A stretch of 55,457 bases of DNA, filler included, from Sluysia triapertura (GCA_046118255.1; 3 parts of 3 records of this genome joined end to end with filler, not necessarily neighbours in it); one strand, 5' to 3'; positions 33,978-48,500 are shown, counted from the whole stretch's first letter. Translations and numbers: made by a program. Notes: generated by a model not told the origin, from the sequence alone.

Positions 33978-34343
33978 TCAAATCCTTCAAATTTATCGAA
34001 TAAAATGATGCATCAGGTACAAATAAAATGTTGTATGGAAAGAAATCTTGAAGTTGTTCAGATTTTAAATTATCCAGCAATAACACACCAAGTGATGGAA
34101 ATGACGCGTGACCCAGCTATGTTACATGAATCAATGCGGCATAACGATAGTGCATTAATAAATGTTGAAGCATTTCCAGACATTTTGAATTATTTCTATC
34201 GACATTATCAAGATCTTCAAAAATCATTAATGGAAGCTAATATTGATTCTAATCCTTTTGCTAATTTAACAAGTCGTAGATGTAATGTTACAAACTCAAC
34301 AAATAATCACTCTAAAAATAACGAGTTAGCACCATATCCTTGG
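33978..34343 (+). pseudogene. UBQLN: Ubiquilin central STI1-repeat fragment (no UBL or UBA domain seen)
   Basis: MERNLEVVQILNYPAITHQVMEMTRDPAMLHESMRHNDSALINVEAFP..YQDLQKSLMEA..NPFANL..NNELAPYPW aligns by eye to the ubiquilin pattern RNPE..H.LNNP...RQ.[49 protein letters not shown]. Several conserved residues are eroded. Confidence 0.8.
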
Positions 34344-35174
34344 TCAACTACAATTAATAATGGAAATACTAAATTCATTGATTCTGCAAATACATTTGCC
34401 AAGGTTGTTCAAAAGCTTATCATTATTGTTTATATTAATCATAACACATGTTGCATAAATACGTTGCCAACAAGCTCCAAAATTAAGATATGTATTCATC
34501 CACGAGCGAAAGTTTTAGACACTCATAGATCCGTGCTACAAAAAGAAGATTGATGATCTTAAAGTATTCTTGTAATTTTTTTAGAGTTTAGTTCCGGAGT
34601 GAAGTCGCCTGATATACCGACGGATGCAACAGTAAAATCTTCGAGATCAAATTTAAAATTAAACAAAACTTTAAACGTTATTAAATATGTTTTAGTAATA
34701 TTATTCAATTTAATAAATAATAGTTTTCGTGTATCTTCTGAATATTTTGTTGACAATATTTTATGTAACGATCAAAAAATTAAGTTCTATGAAATAAAAA
34801 GCAAGTTAACAGATTATGTTCTCCGCAATAACCAACTTCTCAAGTTTTGGTCTCATAATTTTATGGCAAACCACAAGTTATTACCACTCGGACATAATAA
34901 TCTTAGCATAATTATATTAAAATATGATAAGATAACATTTAACACTTTAAATTGTTCCGTATCATATAAATCCAATAATCCTCTGAATTTGTATACATTT
35001 TACAAAAACCTAAACTCCTCAAAGTCTTATTTGTTAAAATATTAAGGTACATTTGTTGATTAATTTAATTAAAAATAGTTTAATTTGATAAAGTGCTGAT
35101 AATAAAATTATTTTGTAATTCTTAATTTTAGTAGTGTAAGAAAAGTGAATAGAATAGAGTAAAATCAAAGAATT

Positions 35175-35226
35175 TGAGTTCACCAACGTACTGGGCTTAC
35201 CAGTTAGGGCCAGCCGTTGGATTTTG
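35175..35226. repeat. GC-rich ~50-nt hairpin-forming dispersed motif, copy 1
   Basis: tgagttcaccaacgtactgggcttaccagttagggccagccgttggattt; 3 mismatches to the copy at 53627. Confidence 0.85.
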
Positions 35227-36653
35227 CAAAAAATTTCTTAGAATATAGCTTTGGTTACGGTTTTCTTCTTTCTAATAAGGACATTCCTTGGTTATTCAGA
35301 CTTTAAAGAAAAAATTCTGGAGGTTATTAATATTAATATTATAGATAAGTTACGCAAATCCTATTAAAAGGATTTTCAACTCTTTAATATCAACTTCAAA
35401 TTAAACTACAAAATAAAACTTTCTTGAAGGTGTATTAAAAAAATATATATAATTCGAAGTTACAAGTAAATAAAAATAATATAATATTTTACGAGGGAAT
35501 TTATTAATTCCCAAAATTTATATGTATGTTTAAAAATTATTTTACACCGGATCTATGAAAAGATCCAATCTATTACAAAAGAAGGATTTTGAGTAAATTT
35601 TATAAATGTAAATGTTAGTAAATGTTATAAATGTTAGTAAAGTTAGTAAAGTCACAAGGTCAGTTTTAAAATCAAAGTTTAGTTAATTGTAATTAGTCTA
35701 ATAAATAATAAACATAAATATTTTAATCATATAAATTCATATAAATTTTAATTTTCATTATTTTATATTAGCATCAAAAAGGATTAATTTTCATTATTTT
35801 ATATTGGTATCAAAAAGGATTTTAAATTTTAAATATTTTAAATACCATCTTCCAAGTTAGTTAAATTTATTTTCATTTAATTTCATGATTATTTCATTTA
35901 AATTTCTTGATTATTGAATATTATTATTGAACATTATTTTACACAAAATTATGTATTATTGGATATTATTATTGAAAATTATTTTACACAAAATTATGTA
36001 TAAAATTATTATTTGTTAAAATATTATTAATTTATAAAATAAAATTATTATTAAAACTATTAAAATTATTATAGTTGTTTTAATAAAACTCACATTGACC
36101 TTCACAAAAATAAGTATATATACATCTTCTCACATAACTAAATTCACACTTTATCATCACACAATTTTTTAAAAAAGTTTAATTCGCGACTCAGACGTTC
36201 AAGCTTATTCAATATCGTTGATTACAACTAATTCGCCTAATTTAATCCAAATCACATTCTTCGAGACGCATACTCTTCGAAACAATTCAAATACGACTGT
36301 TTTTCGCTGTATATATATCTACGTTAGTTTTTTACTATAAGATTTCTTCGCAACGTTTAGTAGTTGCTTGACCAAAATCATACTAAAATTTTAATTGATA
36401 AATTCTTTAAAAGCTATTCTTTCTTAATAGCTTAGTAAAATCAGTTTTTAATATTATTATTAAAGATTATTAATTGAATAATCTCTCGTAACATTTGTAT
36501 ATTTTATTATTATTGTAACAAATTTTTCCTTTTAAATTTTGTGTTAATAGAATTTAGTAATTTAACTAGTTATCTCTTAAAAAATCAATTAAGGTTCGAG
36601 AAAGAACCATAGTAAAATCAACAATTTAGTAAAGGTTCATTTAGGTTGAACCT

Positions 36654-36753
36654 NNNNNNNNNNNNNNNNNNNNNNNNNNNNNNNNNNNNNNNNNNNNTTA
36701 ATTAATTAANNNNNNNNNNNNNNNNNNNNNNNNNNNNNNNNNNNNNNNNNNNN
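36654..36753. other. Assembly gap with TTAATTAATTAA linker
   Basis: N44-linker-N44. Confidence 0.95.
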
Positions 36754-36829
36754 CTTAATCAGTTGCGGAACCCCTGTCAACGTTCCAGGGAACCCTAGGG
36801 TTCCGCGGAACCCAGGTTGAAGACCCCTG
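36754..36829. mobile_element. Terminus of a hAT (Charlie-like) non-autonomous element
   Basis: Ends in gttgaagacccctg (reverse complement caggggtcttcaac, a Charlie-type TIR); subterminal palindrome ggaaccctagggttcc and repeated ggaaccc. The other end is lost in the gap. Confidence 0.6.
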
Positions 36830-37295
36830 AATTAAATGATAGCTATAAAATATTTTATATTGTATTTTCCCCTTGCATTAACTTAAAATATTGCTAAACT
36901 TGTTTAAAATAAAACTAACGATAAAAAATTGTAAAAATCGAGCAATAAAAGAATAGAAGCAATTTGATAATTATGATTATTTTAAAAGCCATAATCTCAT
37001 AATGTTTTTAACTAGTTTTAATCAGCTGTACTTTGTTGTGTACTTTAACTTTAACCTTGAAGTTCTAGATTAAATTTAAACAATTGGTATTAAATATATT
37101 ATAAATTCTAATAAATAATATATTTGTTTTCAAAATTACTTTTATTTTTACAATAATATTTACTATATATGGAATTTACAACTTTGCACACATAGATTCA
37201 ATCTTGACAATATTTACTTTTAAAAATTTATTTATTTTTTATATATTTATTTTATTTTTAGAAATTAATAAATAAAGAAATAAAATGAAACAAAC

Positions 37296-40200
37296 ATTAA
37301 TTTGATTTCGTATATCTTCAGAAACAATTGAATCATCGAAAAATTGAGTTTGCATCACCAAAGCAGCAGATTTAGCTTCCAGCTCTTCTAGATTTCGAAC
37401 TAATGCTTCGTAATGATGAATTATTTCTTGGGATTTGTTAATAGTTTCAATTAGTAATTCTTCGTGATGTGTCACTGCATCGATTTGTTTATCAAGTTCG
37501 TCTTCCATTTCTTTTATCCTAATGAACTGTTTCTTTTGTTCCGCATCGTGTTCTTTAGAATCAAGCCAAATCCCTTCACAATCTGCTTTCAATTGGGCTA
37601 TTTCTTTTTGTTTATCAATCAGAATCTGTTTACATTTCTGTTTAATTAAAAGTTAATTAATTTCGAATTTCGTATTAAATAATTTAATAACTTTATATTC
37701 AGAACTGAGAAAATCAAAATAAGATTTAACCTTAATATAATCCCAATTAATATAAATTTACTAATTATCGCGAATAAAAGTTACATATCACAACAAATCA
37801 AATAACCGTTAATTAACAATTAAATTATAGAGCGATAATAAGCAACTATGAAAATTAACCAAGGATTTCCCTGCAAAATTAAATCATTATAATAATCAAT
37901 TTAAAACAAACCACAGCTCACACATTTCCGTTATTATTAAATATAATAATGAAACATCATTCATAGTAATGAAATCGTCAATAAATTATTGAATCGTAAA
38001 TTAATAAAATGATTATAGAATTTAGAAGCAAGATAGAAACATTTTAATAAAAATTGCAACTGGTTAACTGATTGAACCAACTTCTTAACATGCTTCACAA
38101 CTTTGATATCTTTAATGGGATGATTCATCATATATTATGAATTATTAAAAATGAATAACCGGCATTGACTGATATCTTTGTTTACACTAGAAGATGTTAG
38201 AAGTTCGTGCAGCATCTATCAATAGAAAACAGTGCCAGTCGAGGCAATTAAAAAGTCAGTCTATTGAGAAATTCTACCAAATAATTATTACCATTAATAT
38301 TATATCTATTCTCACCATTATTATTATTATTATTAACGTTATCATCTTTACCATTATTATTAGTATTGTAAATTATAAATTTTAAAAAAGTATTATTATT
38401 ATCTAGTTTCAAATGTAATAATGTATTACGTATTATGAGCCATAAAGTATTTTTAAGAATAAAATAATAAATTGAATTTTTATATTCTAATTAAATATTA
38501 CTATTTACTATAATTCACCGACTTTATTATATATTTTAAACAAATTTATTTCAAATCAAAAGTATTTCATTGATAATTAATGAGTTATGATGTTTGTAAT
38601 AGACGAATACAAGAATATATAAAAAGAGCACACGAAGAAAATAGTACAGAGATAAAAATTAGTCTTAACAAGGTTTTTGTACCTCCAGTTCACTAAAGGA
38701 GATTTCAAGGATAAACCAATTATTAGTAGTGGTCTTTTCCTCAAGGATCGATATCATTTCTTTATTGGGATAATATATCATCATAATTTATTATTGTCGA
38801 TAAAGTAAGATACTAATTATTAAGTTTTTATCGTTCTAATATTTAGCGTTAAATTTCGACTTAAAATCGTTAATAGTTTTAAATCCACGTATTATACCTG
38901 CATTAATATAATTCCAAAATATTACTTAATTAATAGTTAATCAATAATTATTAATTAATAATTTTGTATTTAATAAATTTGTGTATCATTTTAGTTGATT
39001 TTTTCTAATTTATTAGCCCAGCTTAGGAGTAATAAAAGATTTCAAGAAAAGGTAAGAAAAATCATATTTGTTATATTCGTTTGATAAGGTAGTGATAAAG
39101 ATTTTTTGAGATATAATAAGTATTAAAAGATAAGATTAATTAAAGAATTATATAAATATTTTCATGAGTACGGAACACTTATTCTTAGTCAGTTCTGCAG
39201 ATATGTCCACTATATGTTCTAAATCGTATACTACAGACGGACCTGATTAAATTTTATAAATGATAATAAATTTGTTAATATTATTATTTCATAATAATTT
39301 CTTATTGATATTGGCCAAATATTTTAGATAAATAGACTAGATAGATTTATGAATGCGCATATTATTTTATAATCTATATTTGATTCGATAAAACCATACT
39401 ATGCACGATTATTTATTTATTTATCAAATATATAAACAAATAAACTGTGTAATCTTACTTGTATAACATTGTTATTATTGTTGAGATCCTCTAAATTCTT
39501 TTTATTCACACATTCCAATTTCATCTCACTGATTTCTTTATCACCATCATCCAAAATCATTTGACAATCATCTTCAGCACTATCGATTCTTTCTAATAAA
39601 CACAAGCATATTTCCTTTTTCTTATTCATATCATCTGAATGGTCTTGCAACATTTCAGTCAACTTCACATACTCATTCTCCAAATCGATTACTGTTTGAT
39701 TAATGGTTTCCATGGGAATATGCTCTTCGTCAAACTCGAGTTCCAATTCTTTTATTTGGTCTAATTTAGGTTTTAAATTGGTCATTATTTCCTGAGTCTT
39801 CTAAATGAATAATGTAAGTGGTAAAATAATAACAAAACATTACAAATGTGTGGTTCTAGAAAGATATTTTTTATTTTTAAATTTAATGCAGAAGTACAAG
39901 TGATGCTTGTTCAAGGCCATCTAAAGAAGAAACTTAAGTATGATGCATACAAAATTCCAATGATACAAGAATATTCTTCCTAATGATCCAACTCGTAAAT
40001 CTCACTAATTTCTAATTCTCTACAAACCCTGTTTTGAAGCTATTGAAGATGTATTAAAAAATTTAATATCTGTTTACAAACAGCTTATTTTTATATTTAC
40101 AAACGATAACAAACATACAAACAATTTATTAAACAAACCGCTCAATAATTATAAAACTTAAACACAGTCATAATAATTCCATAATTATTAAAATTTTGTA

Positions 40201-42517
40201 TATTATTAGCGTTGTTGCAAGATTTGGATTGTTGTTCTTTTTCATTATGCATATATATCTTTTTATTGTTATCACTGATTTTATTGTTATTATTTCTGCT
40301 ACTTATAAATGTTATTATAACTATTATTAAAATCTTTATGTTAATATTGTTGCAATTCTTCCTTATTATTATTTTTATTTTCATTACATCTGCTTCTTCG
40401 TAGTTGTGCTAAAAATGAAAATGAACTTAAAAGCCTTATTTTATATGGATTTAGCGAGGTAACAGACCTTAATTGTGATGTGCATTTAGGTAAATGTTGA
40501 AGCAAGATAAATTATAATGTTAAATCAAAAATATGTTTTATAATTGCTTTTAAATCAAAACTTTTTTAATTCATAAACTCATGAATTAAAATTTTGATTC
40601 TTCGATTATTAAATGACTAATTAAATTTACCTCTATCTGATCGATTTTAGCAGTGATTGGTTCCAAAGAAAGTGTTGTGATAGGTTCTTGTAAGACCGTC
40701 ATTACTTTTTGGAAATCTTGTTTCATATTCTTGTTTAACTCGTCGAAATTATTTACATTGTCAGACAATTTCGTAAATTTCTTTTGTGATTCTTCTAGCA
40801 TACACTGATAACTAACCACACTGTCTTTTCTGGATGCGTGTACACTAATATACTCTTGATGTGATTGCTGAACGGGATTCAATCTTTGTATTTCCACCAT
40901 CTCATGTTCCAACTTCTCTATTGTGTCCAGCATCTGATTACAATCTTGAACAGCCACGATCATTTCGTTTAGCGTAACCAATTTACTTTTAATACTTTCT
41001 TGTTCTAATTCATAATTTGAATTTGTATTCTGAAGATCTTTAAATTGTCCAAGTGATTCTTGCATCCATTGTTCTTGTTTTTCTTTCACAAAGTGTAATT
41101 GTTCTGTTATTTCTTGCTCGATATTTCTAATTCGCTGATTTTGTTCAGAAATTAATCTTGCTATATCATTTTGTACTTTCATCACTTCATTTCTCAATTG
41201 GATGGTTTCACGACAAATCAATTTTTCATACAAATCATCGATCTGTCCTTTTAAAACACTTACCTGTTCAGAACATGTCACCAATTTATCTAATCGTGCA
41301 TTTTGAAGTTCGAATTTTTTCGAATAATTTTCAATAAAATTTATTTCAGGTATCGGTATTAATTCAATAGAACGATTCACATCTTTGATTTGAATTTGTA
41401 AATTGTCATAGATTTTTATTAAATCTTTGAAATATATTTTACATGTTTTTAATTTATGGTCCACTTCTTCTATCAATTCATTGAATTCTTCTTGACTTAA
41501 TTGTGGAACTAATTGAGGCATACATTTGAAATTATCTTCAATACCTTTCAAAATACCTTTGATTTTAGCTATAGTTACCGATCTTGCTGGGTCGGCATTC
41601 GCATCATTGATTAATAATTTGTAAAATTCAGTAATTTCTTTATCTATCCCCATTAAATCGTCATTTAATCTGTTAATAATGGTTTCTTTGTCAATAAATT
41701 TCGCTAATTTCATTTTATTTTCTTGCGAAGAAATCAATAATTTGTTTAATATTTCTGCTTGTTCTTCACTATTTAAGTCAACTTTATTTATCTCATGCTG
41801 CATTCGATTTAGTATATCGATATTATTTTCACAATCTGCTATGGTAGCTGGTGTGTGATTCAAATTATTTTCATATTTTTCTAAATTTTCAGCAATTATT
41901 TTTATATTATTTTTTATGTTCTCTTCATATAAACAGAAATTTTTTGTAATTACATCGATTTTCTTAGTTAATTCTTCGCGATGTTCGTCGAATAAATTAT
42001 CATTTTGTTTTTCTTTTTTAAGGACAATATTATTTAATTGTAATTTCATTTGTTCTAAATTCATAATCAAATCTTTATGCGATAACAAAGGTTGTTGTTG
42101 CTGTTGTTGTTGATGTTGGATCTCAAAATTATCCAAGTCATTATTCACATCTTCGAAATTCTGTTTATAAAATAATGCCTTTGTTTTGTTATTGTTCAAC
42201 TGTTTAAGAATTTCTTCACTTTTACTAATTATTGATTTTGCATCTTCAATAAATTCTATTACATCTTTTGGTATTTTCGGAAATTTTTCAATATTTATTA
42301 AACATTGATTTAAATTTTCTTTATTGTTTTCTATACAATCACAACAAGCATCTATTTCTTCAATCGGACTGCAATAATCTGGAATTTTTTCTGCTTCAAC
42401 GTTGTCTGTTAAAATTGACAAACTAATCTTATATTTATCTAATTCTTGTTTTATTATTGAATATTCTCGTTCCAAGTCTTCCTTTTTCCTATTCAATTCT
42501 TTCACACATTCCAAATC

Positions 42518-42556
<39 letters not shown>

Positions 42557-45500
42557 TTCTTTATTTAAAGATTCAAGTTCAGTGTTTTGTTCACTAATCA
42601 TATTCAAAATTTCTTCGGAAGTTAAATTATTTGACGAATGATCGATGTCATTTAGTTTTTGAGTCAACTCAATTGATCGGCCACGTAATGTTTCGTTATT
42701 TATTGTCGTATGCAGTTGCTCTTCATGTTTCGCTATTTTATTGGCCAATTCCGACTTACCAATGATTAACTTACTAAGATTGGCACAATTCGTACTATAT
42801 TTACAGTCCGGTACTATTAGAGATTGTACGCGTTCTATATTACATTTCAATTTATTGATATTAAATTCGGGACTATTTTCTTCCAGTGCTACAGAATCTG
42901 TAAGAATTATTTGCAGTTTATTTAAAGATTCATCGATTATTTCTTGATCTTGATTAGCCAATTGTAAATCAATATTAAATAAAGATTTCAAGTCGGACAA
43001 TTTCTGTTTTTCTTTCAATAACAGATCAATTGTGTTACAAGATTGCTCTACTCGACTGTCGTTTCTCCACGCTATTTCTGTGCCATCGATTGATGATTGG
43101 AGAATTCGAAAATGATCGAAAATATAATTTTCAGTCAACGTAGATTCAGTATTTTCTAAATATTTCATCAGCATATCAATATCTACTCTCAGACGATCGA
43201 TATATGCTAAACGAGTACTTTTCAATTTTTCTGATTCGATTTTAGCATTAATAGTTCTAATTAATTCTTGAAAATGATTCTCTTGCTCTGTTTTATTGTG
43301 TTTCAAATCAGCTAAATCTAAACAGTGTTTATCATCAGTATTGAATATCTGAATAAAGTCTGAAAATGCTTTCTCCAAATTGTTTTTCATTAATACTAAT
43401 TCTTCTTCATCCAATGAGAAATTGTTCAATTTAGATTGATTTTCTGCCAGTAATTCATTATTTTTCACCAAAATTTGACTGTTTTCACTGTAAATCGATT
43501 TAATATTTGAAATATCCGTTTTTCGATTTTCGATTTTATCTGTAATTTCGTTAATAATAGCTCGAAACTCATCGCTTTCACAACTTAACGATTCTATCTT
43601 ACAACACAATTCAGTGAATTTCTTCTCGTTATTTCCTAATCCTACTTCTAAGACACTTAATTGGTTCCAATTATTTTCAACATTAGATTGATCTTCATTC
43701 AAATCTTTTTTCATTTGTTCAAATCGATTAATCAATTCTTCTTTTTCTCTCATTTCTGTGATTTCAACATCAGTTTGATCTATTAATTTATCAACTTTTT
43801 CTAACAATGTTTCTCCACTTTTTCTGCATAAATGAGCATCCTCCAATCCTACATTTAATTTATTTTCAACAATATCGATTAATTTACATTTAATTCCTTC
43901 TAAATAATCTTTACGTTCTAACAAATTGTTATTGGATTTATTTCTATCGATTTCTTTATCGAAATCTTGAATTTCATTCAGCACACCTTCCACAGAGTCT
44001 GTCTTGTCATCAAATTCCAATTTCATTTCTCGCATCAATTCTTGTGCCGTTTCGTCATCGGAACCCTTATCTAAATTTGAAGAACCTAGCAACTCAAACA
44101 ACTGATCTTTCAAATTAAATTTTCGGCAATCATTCGATTTAATAAAATTAATTGATTCCACTAAATCATCTTTAGTTAAGTGATTAATTTTATTTCGAAT
44201 TATATCAAAAAAGTCGTCATGAATTTCATTATTTTTCAAATTTAATTCCCGTATATCATTTTCAATTTGCTGCTGTCGTTCTTTTATGGCATCTTTTCGA
44301 GTTTGTAAATCAGTCGATATTTTATCATATTTTGTTTGCAATTCGATGCTAGTGTTGTCTAATTCATCGAAATTAATGACGATGACCGAGTTATCCAGTT
44401 TCAAGTGTTCTTTTGTGTCATTAGTACGCTGAATTCGTCGGGATAATTCCTTCAATTCCTCAATTCGATCTTCCACAGTACAAAGTGGCATGCTCGATAT
44501 TGCGGCAGCATTCATAAAATCCAATTCGTCGTTTACTTTTTGAGCGTCCACTAAACATTGTTTCACATTCGCCAAATTCGCTTTAGTCAAATGAATTGTT
44601 TGACATATTAACATACTTTGTGTGCTAATTTTATCAATTAAAGATGCTTTGCGAGCTTTTAAATCCGGATTATCGATTTTGCTTTCCAATTTATCGATTC
44701 TATTAGGTATAATTATCTCCATTCCATCGACATTTTCTTGTAGGGAGTCAATTAATTCATTAATACGATCATCACACAATGGTTCTGGTGGATGTTTCAA
44801 TGTAGCATCGATTTCCTGATATGTTTTAACTCGTTCGCAGACCTCTTTTTCAACTTCTAACAAATTATCGATCAATTCTATTTCATTATGGACGATTCGT
44901 TTCATTTCGTTCAATTCTTTTGCCTTTTGATTTAATATGTCAAACAAATCTGAATTTTTCCCGTCGTATTCTCGACTAATGTCTTTGTTGAACTGTTCCA
45001 CTTTCTGCAATTCCTCATCCACAATGTCTTTATATTCTTCCAAACTTAAATCGCCACCAAACATCGTCAATTCTGAATTACAATAATCATTTACTTTATC
45101 GAATAATAATATCCTTCGATTTAGTTTTACTAACTTTTCATCGATATCGTTTTTTAGCGATTCAAACATTTCGAAATTTAGACATTTGTGTAGTTTACTG
45201 AACGATTCTTTTTCAGTACTATCCAAATCGTTTCTAATCTCCTTCAAGTTTCCTATTCGAATAACTAAATCATCATTGATTTTCTTCAGATTTTCAATTT
45301 GATTTGTATCCAAATCCACTTCATCCAAATATACTTGGATATTATCCAACTCAATTTGCCCATTTTTTAGTTTATCTTGATAATATTTGTATCGATTTAC
45401 ACGGTTTGTAAATAGCGATTGTCTATCCTCGAAATTAGTTTCCAATTCATCGATTTTATTTCTCAATTCTTCTTCAAATTGCTTTAAGTTGTGCTCATTG

Positions 45501-48500
45501 AATTTGTCAATTAAATCATCAATCTGTGTATTAAAATTGAATATGTTTTCTTCCACCTCTTTAATAATCAATTGTGTATCATCAATCAGATCATCATCCA
45601 TTAGTTCTTGATTTACATTATTATTAATTTGTTCTAATTTATCAATACACTCATCAGCATTATCAAGTATATCGATTGATTTCGATATAATATCGATTTT
45701 AATTCCCAATTGATCGATAATTTCTGTACAATCTTTCAGTATACGTGAATTTCTTTGATTTAATTTATCACCATCTTTAATCGATAATACTTTCTTATTC
45801 AATATTTCATTTACAAATTCGATTTTTTTATTCAGATTTATTAATTCTGTTTTAAAATCGTTTATCAGATTTATACTGTTGTAATTTATATCTAAATTAG
45901 ACATTTCACAGTAAATCTGCATACTAATATCATTAATGACCTTATTGGAAATTACCAATTCATTTTCCACGAAATCATAAATATATTTCATTAACTTATC
46001 ATTAATATTACTCGGTTTTGTGCTCAATGATTTCAATATCGGAATCGATTTATAACTATCATTGATTGGGTCAATATTTTCCAAAGATTTATTCAAATCT
46101 ATCAATGTTTGTAATGCTGCTTTATCATAAATTGATAAACCATTTTGTTCGATTTCATCGTTTACTTTATTTTCGAAATTATTTAACACCATAAAAAATT
46201 TATCATGTTCTTGTTTTAATGCATCAATTAATAATAATTTGTTTTGCAATTCATTTTCAAATGTATCGATATTAACACAATAATTTCTATTGGTTAAATA
46301 TTCAATATTATTATTGAAATGTTTAAATATTTTTAAATCATTCATTTTCATCAAACACAAACTCCTCACGCACTCTATGTCATCTATTGAACTAACATTT
46401 TGGATTTGTTCGTCTATTTCATTTGATAATCGATCCAAATCAATCAATTTAGCAACAAACAATTTTGTAACGGCGTCATCGAAATGGGAATACTGTACCA
46501 TTCTTAGATCTGCAAATTGTATAAGAATTTCCTGTAACATTGGGGATAATGTGGATTCTTCAGGATCCACCGAATATAACTCCAAACTCGATTTGTAATT
46601 TTGTAAATTAGTTAGCAATCTCGAATCGTCTGAAATTTCAATACTAAATTTATCAATTCCAGTTAAAGCCGATTCAATGGTTTTGTTCATTTTATCTTTC
46701 TTCAATTGATTATTTAATTGATCAAGTTTTTCAATTTTATCTGCCAGAATACTATTGTAAGGATTTATTACTGATTCGGCGGTATCGAACTTGGAACCCA
46801 GTTTTTGTTCTACACATTTCAAGGATTCTAATTTCTGTTCCACAACTTTCACTCCAGATTCATCATCCACTCTATTGATTTCATTGTCAAATTCATCGAT
46901 TTTGGCATAAAAGTCTTGCCGTGTTTCAAAAAATTCTTTATTACATTCATAAATATTGATTGATTCGGTTTTCACTGCTACATAAAGATTTTCCATTTTT
47001 ATTAAATTTAGTTTGATAAATTTCGACACTTCTGGATCTTTAGCTTCCAAGGTTTCCCAATCTTGATTCAATTCATTCAATATTGCTTTTGTTTCTTGAA
47101 CAATCTGTTCTACTATTCGTTCTTGTTGAATTAATTGGCTTCGAATAATAGAATCGTCTATGTCAGTCTCTGTCCACTCAACAGGTATAATTTGTTCCTT
47201 TAATGACATTAATTTTTCGGTCTGTCTATTTATTTTATCTTTCAGTTTCATTGCATCTGAAATATGATTGGCTTTATTCCGTATGCGATCTAAATTCGTG
47301 TCATCGATTAATTGGAATTTTTCAACAGTTTCTTGCAATAAATCTGGAGATTGCATTTTCACGCGTTCATCATTTAATAATTCATCGACTGAAGATTTGA
47401 CAATCGAAATGTCGGGACAAAGATCACAGAATTTATTCAATACTTGGTTGTATTGTTCCGACGATACCGAAGAATCATCCAAGTTACTTAAATCAACTGA
47501 ATTAGTAAGATCAACGAAATTCGAAATCCAGACGTGTAATTGTGACAATTTCATTTGTTTTTCGTGGCACTGTTGTTTGTTCCAGCTTAAATCTTCATTC
47601 ACGCGTTCAATCCTACTCGAAACAGTCGAACATTGCTCTTGCAACATTTCTATGGTACTTTTCACTTCTACTTCATCAATCAATTCCACACTACTGCTTT
47701 TAATTTCAGACAATAATTCAGTCGACTGCTTTATGAAATTGATTTTTTCAAACAGTTCTTGGTGTTGTTCAATAACTTCATTGATTTTGTCGCAATTCCA
47801 GGTCTTAATAGCCATTTCTTCTTTGTCTAATTCACGCTCTACTTCGTTAATCAATTCAACAAGTTTATTCACAGCACTTTTATATCTTGGATATGATTTT
47901 AATCGATTGAAATTACTAATTACACTTTCCCATTTTTTAATCAATATATAACTCTCTTTGGAAATTTGATCGTTACTGTCATCTAGATCGATTATAATTT
48001 TATTAAGTTGCTCGATAATTGGTTGATATTGCAACGAATGAGATTGGATTTCATTTAATTTATCAGCTGCAACACTAGGTTCTGATCGTAAAATATCTGT
48101 ATGTTCTTTATGATACTTCTGAAACCACGGCTTTAATTGATTTTTTATTGATTGTAAATGAATAACTTTTGTTATTTGAACTTCGGTAGATTTTGCAAAT
48201 AAGAGTAAATTCTGAAAATAAGGTTATTTTAAATTATTTATTTACTATTGCAAACCACAAATAGAAAACGTTAAGTGAGATTAATCATTATTATTAATAT
48301 GTACAAATAATATGTACAATAATAATAACAAACTAATTTGAACATAATAGACATTGTAAAATGCACTTAATAAAAAAGGTGTGCAACCCGTTAAACTTTT
48401 AAAAATACAAAAATATTGTTAATTTTCGAAAAAATAAAATAAAATTTTCAAGGAAATTCGAGAATTATGATTGGCTGCTTTAATTCTAATTATTCTTACA

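Noticed and set aside
38560-39200. Faint LINE RT traces (SG.PQGS); also 21340-22130, 39860-40090 and 53400-53580
   Set aside because: Only one or two eroded motifs each; probably LINE relics but not supportable as features.
40142-40403. Hydrophobic or Asn-rich ORFs here and at 38194, 50851 and 52012
   Set aside because: Translations of degenerate (AAT)n microsatellites or antisense to exons.
47268-47951. 227-aa plus-strand ORF and other plus-strand ORFs in 41916-47400
   Set aside because: Antisense shadows of the giant exon; no motifs of their own.
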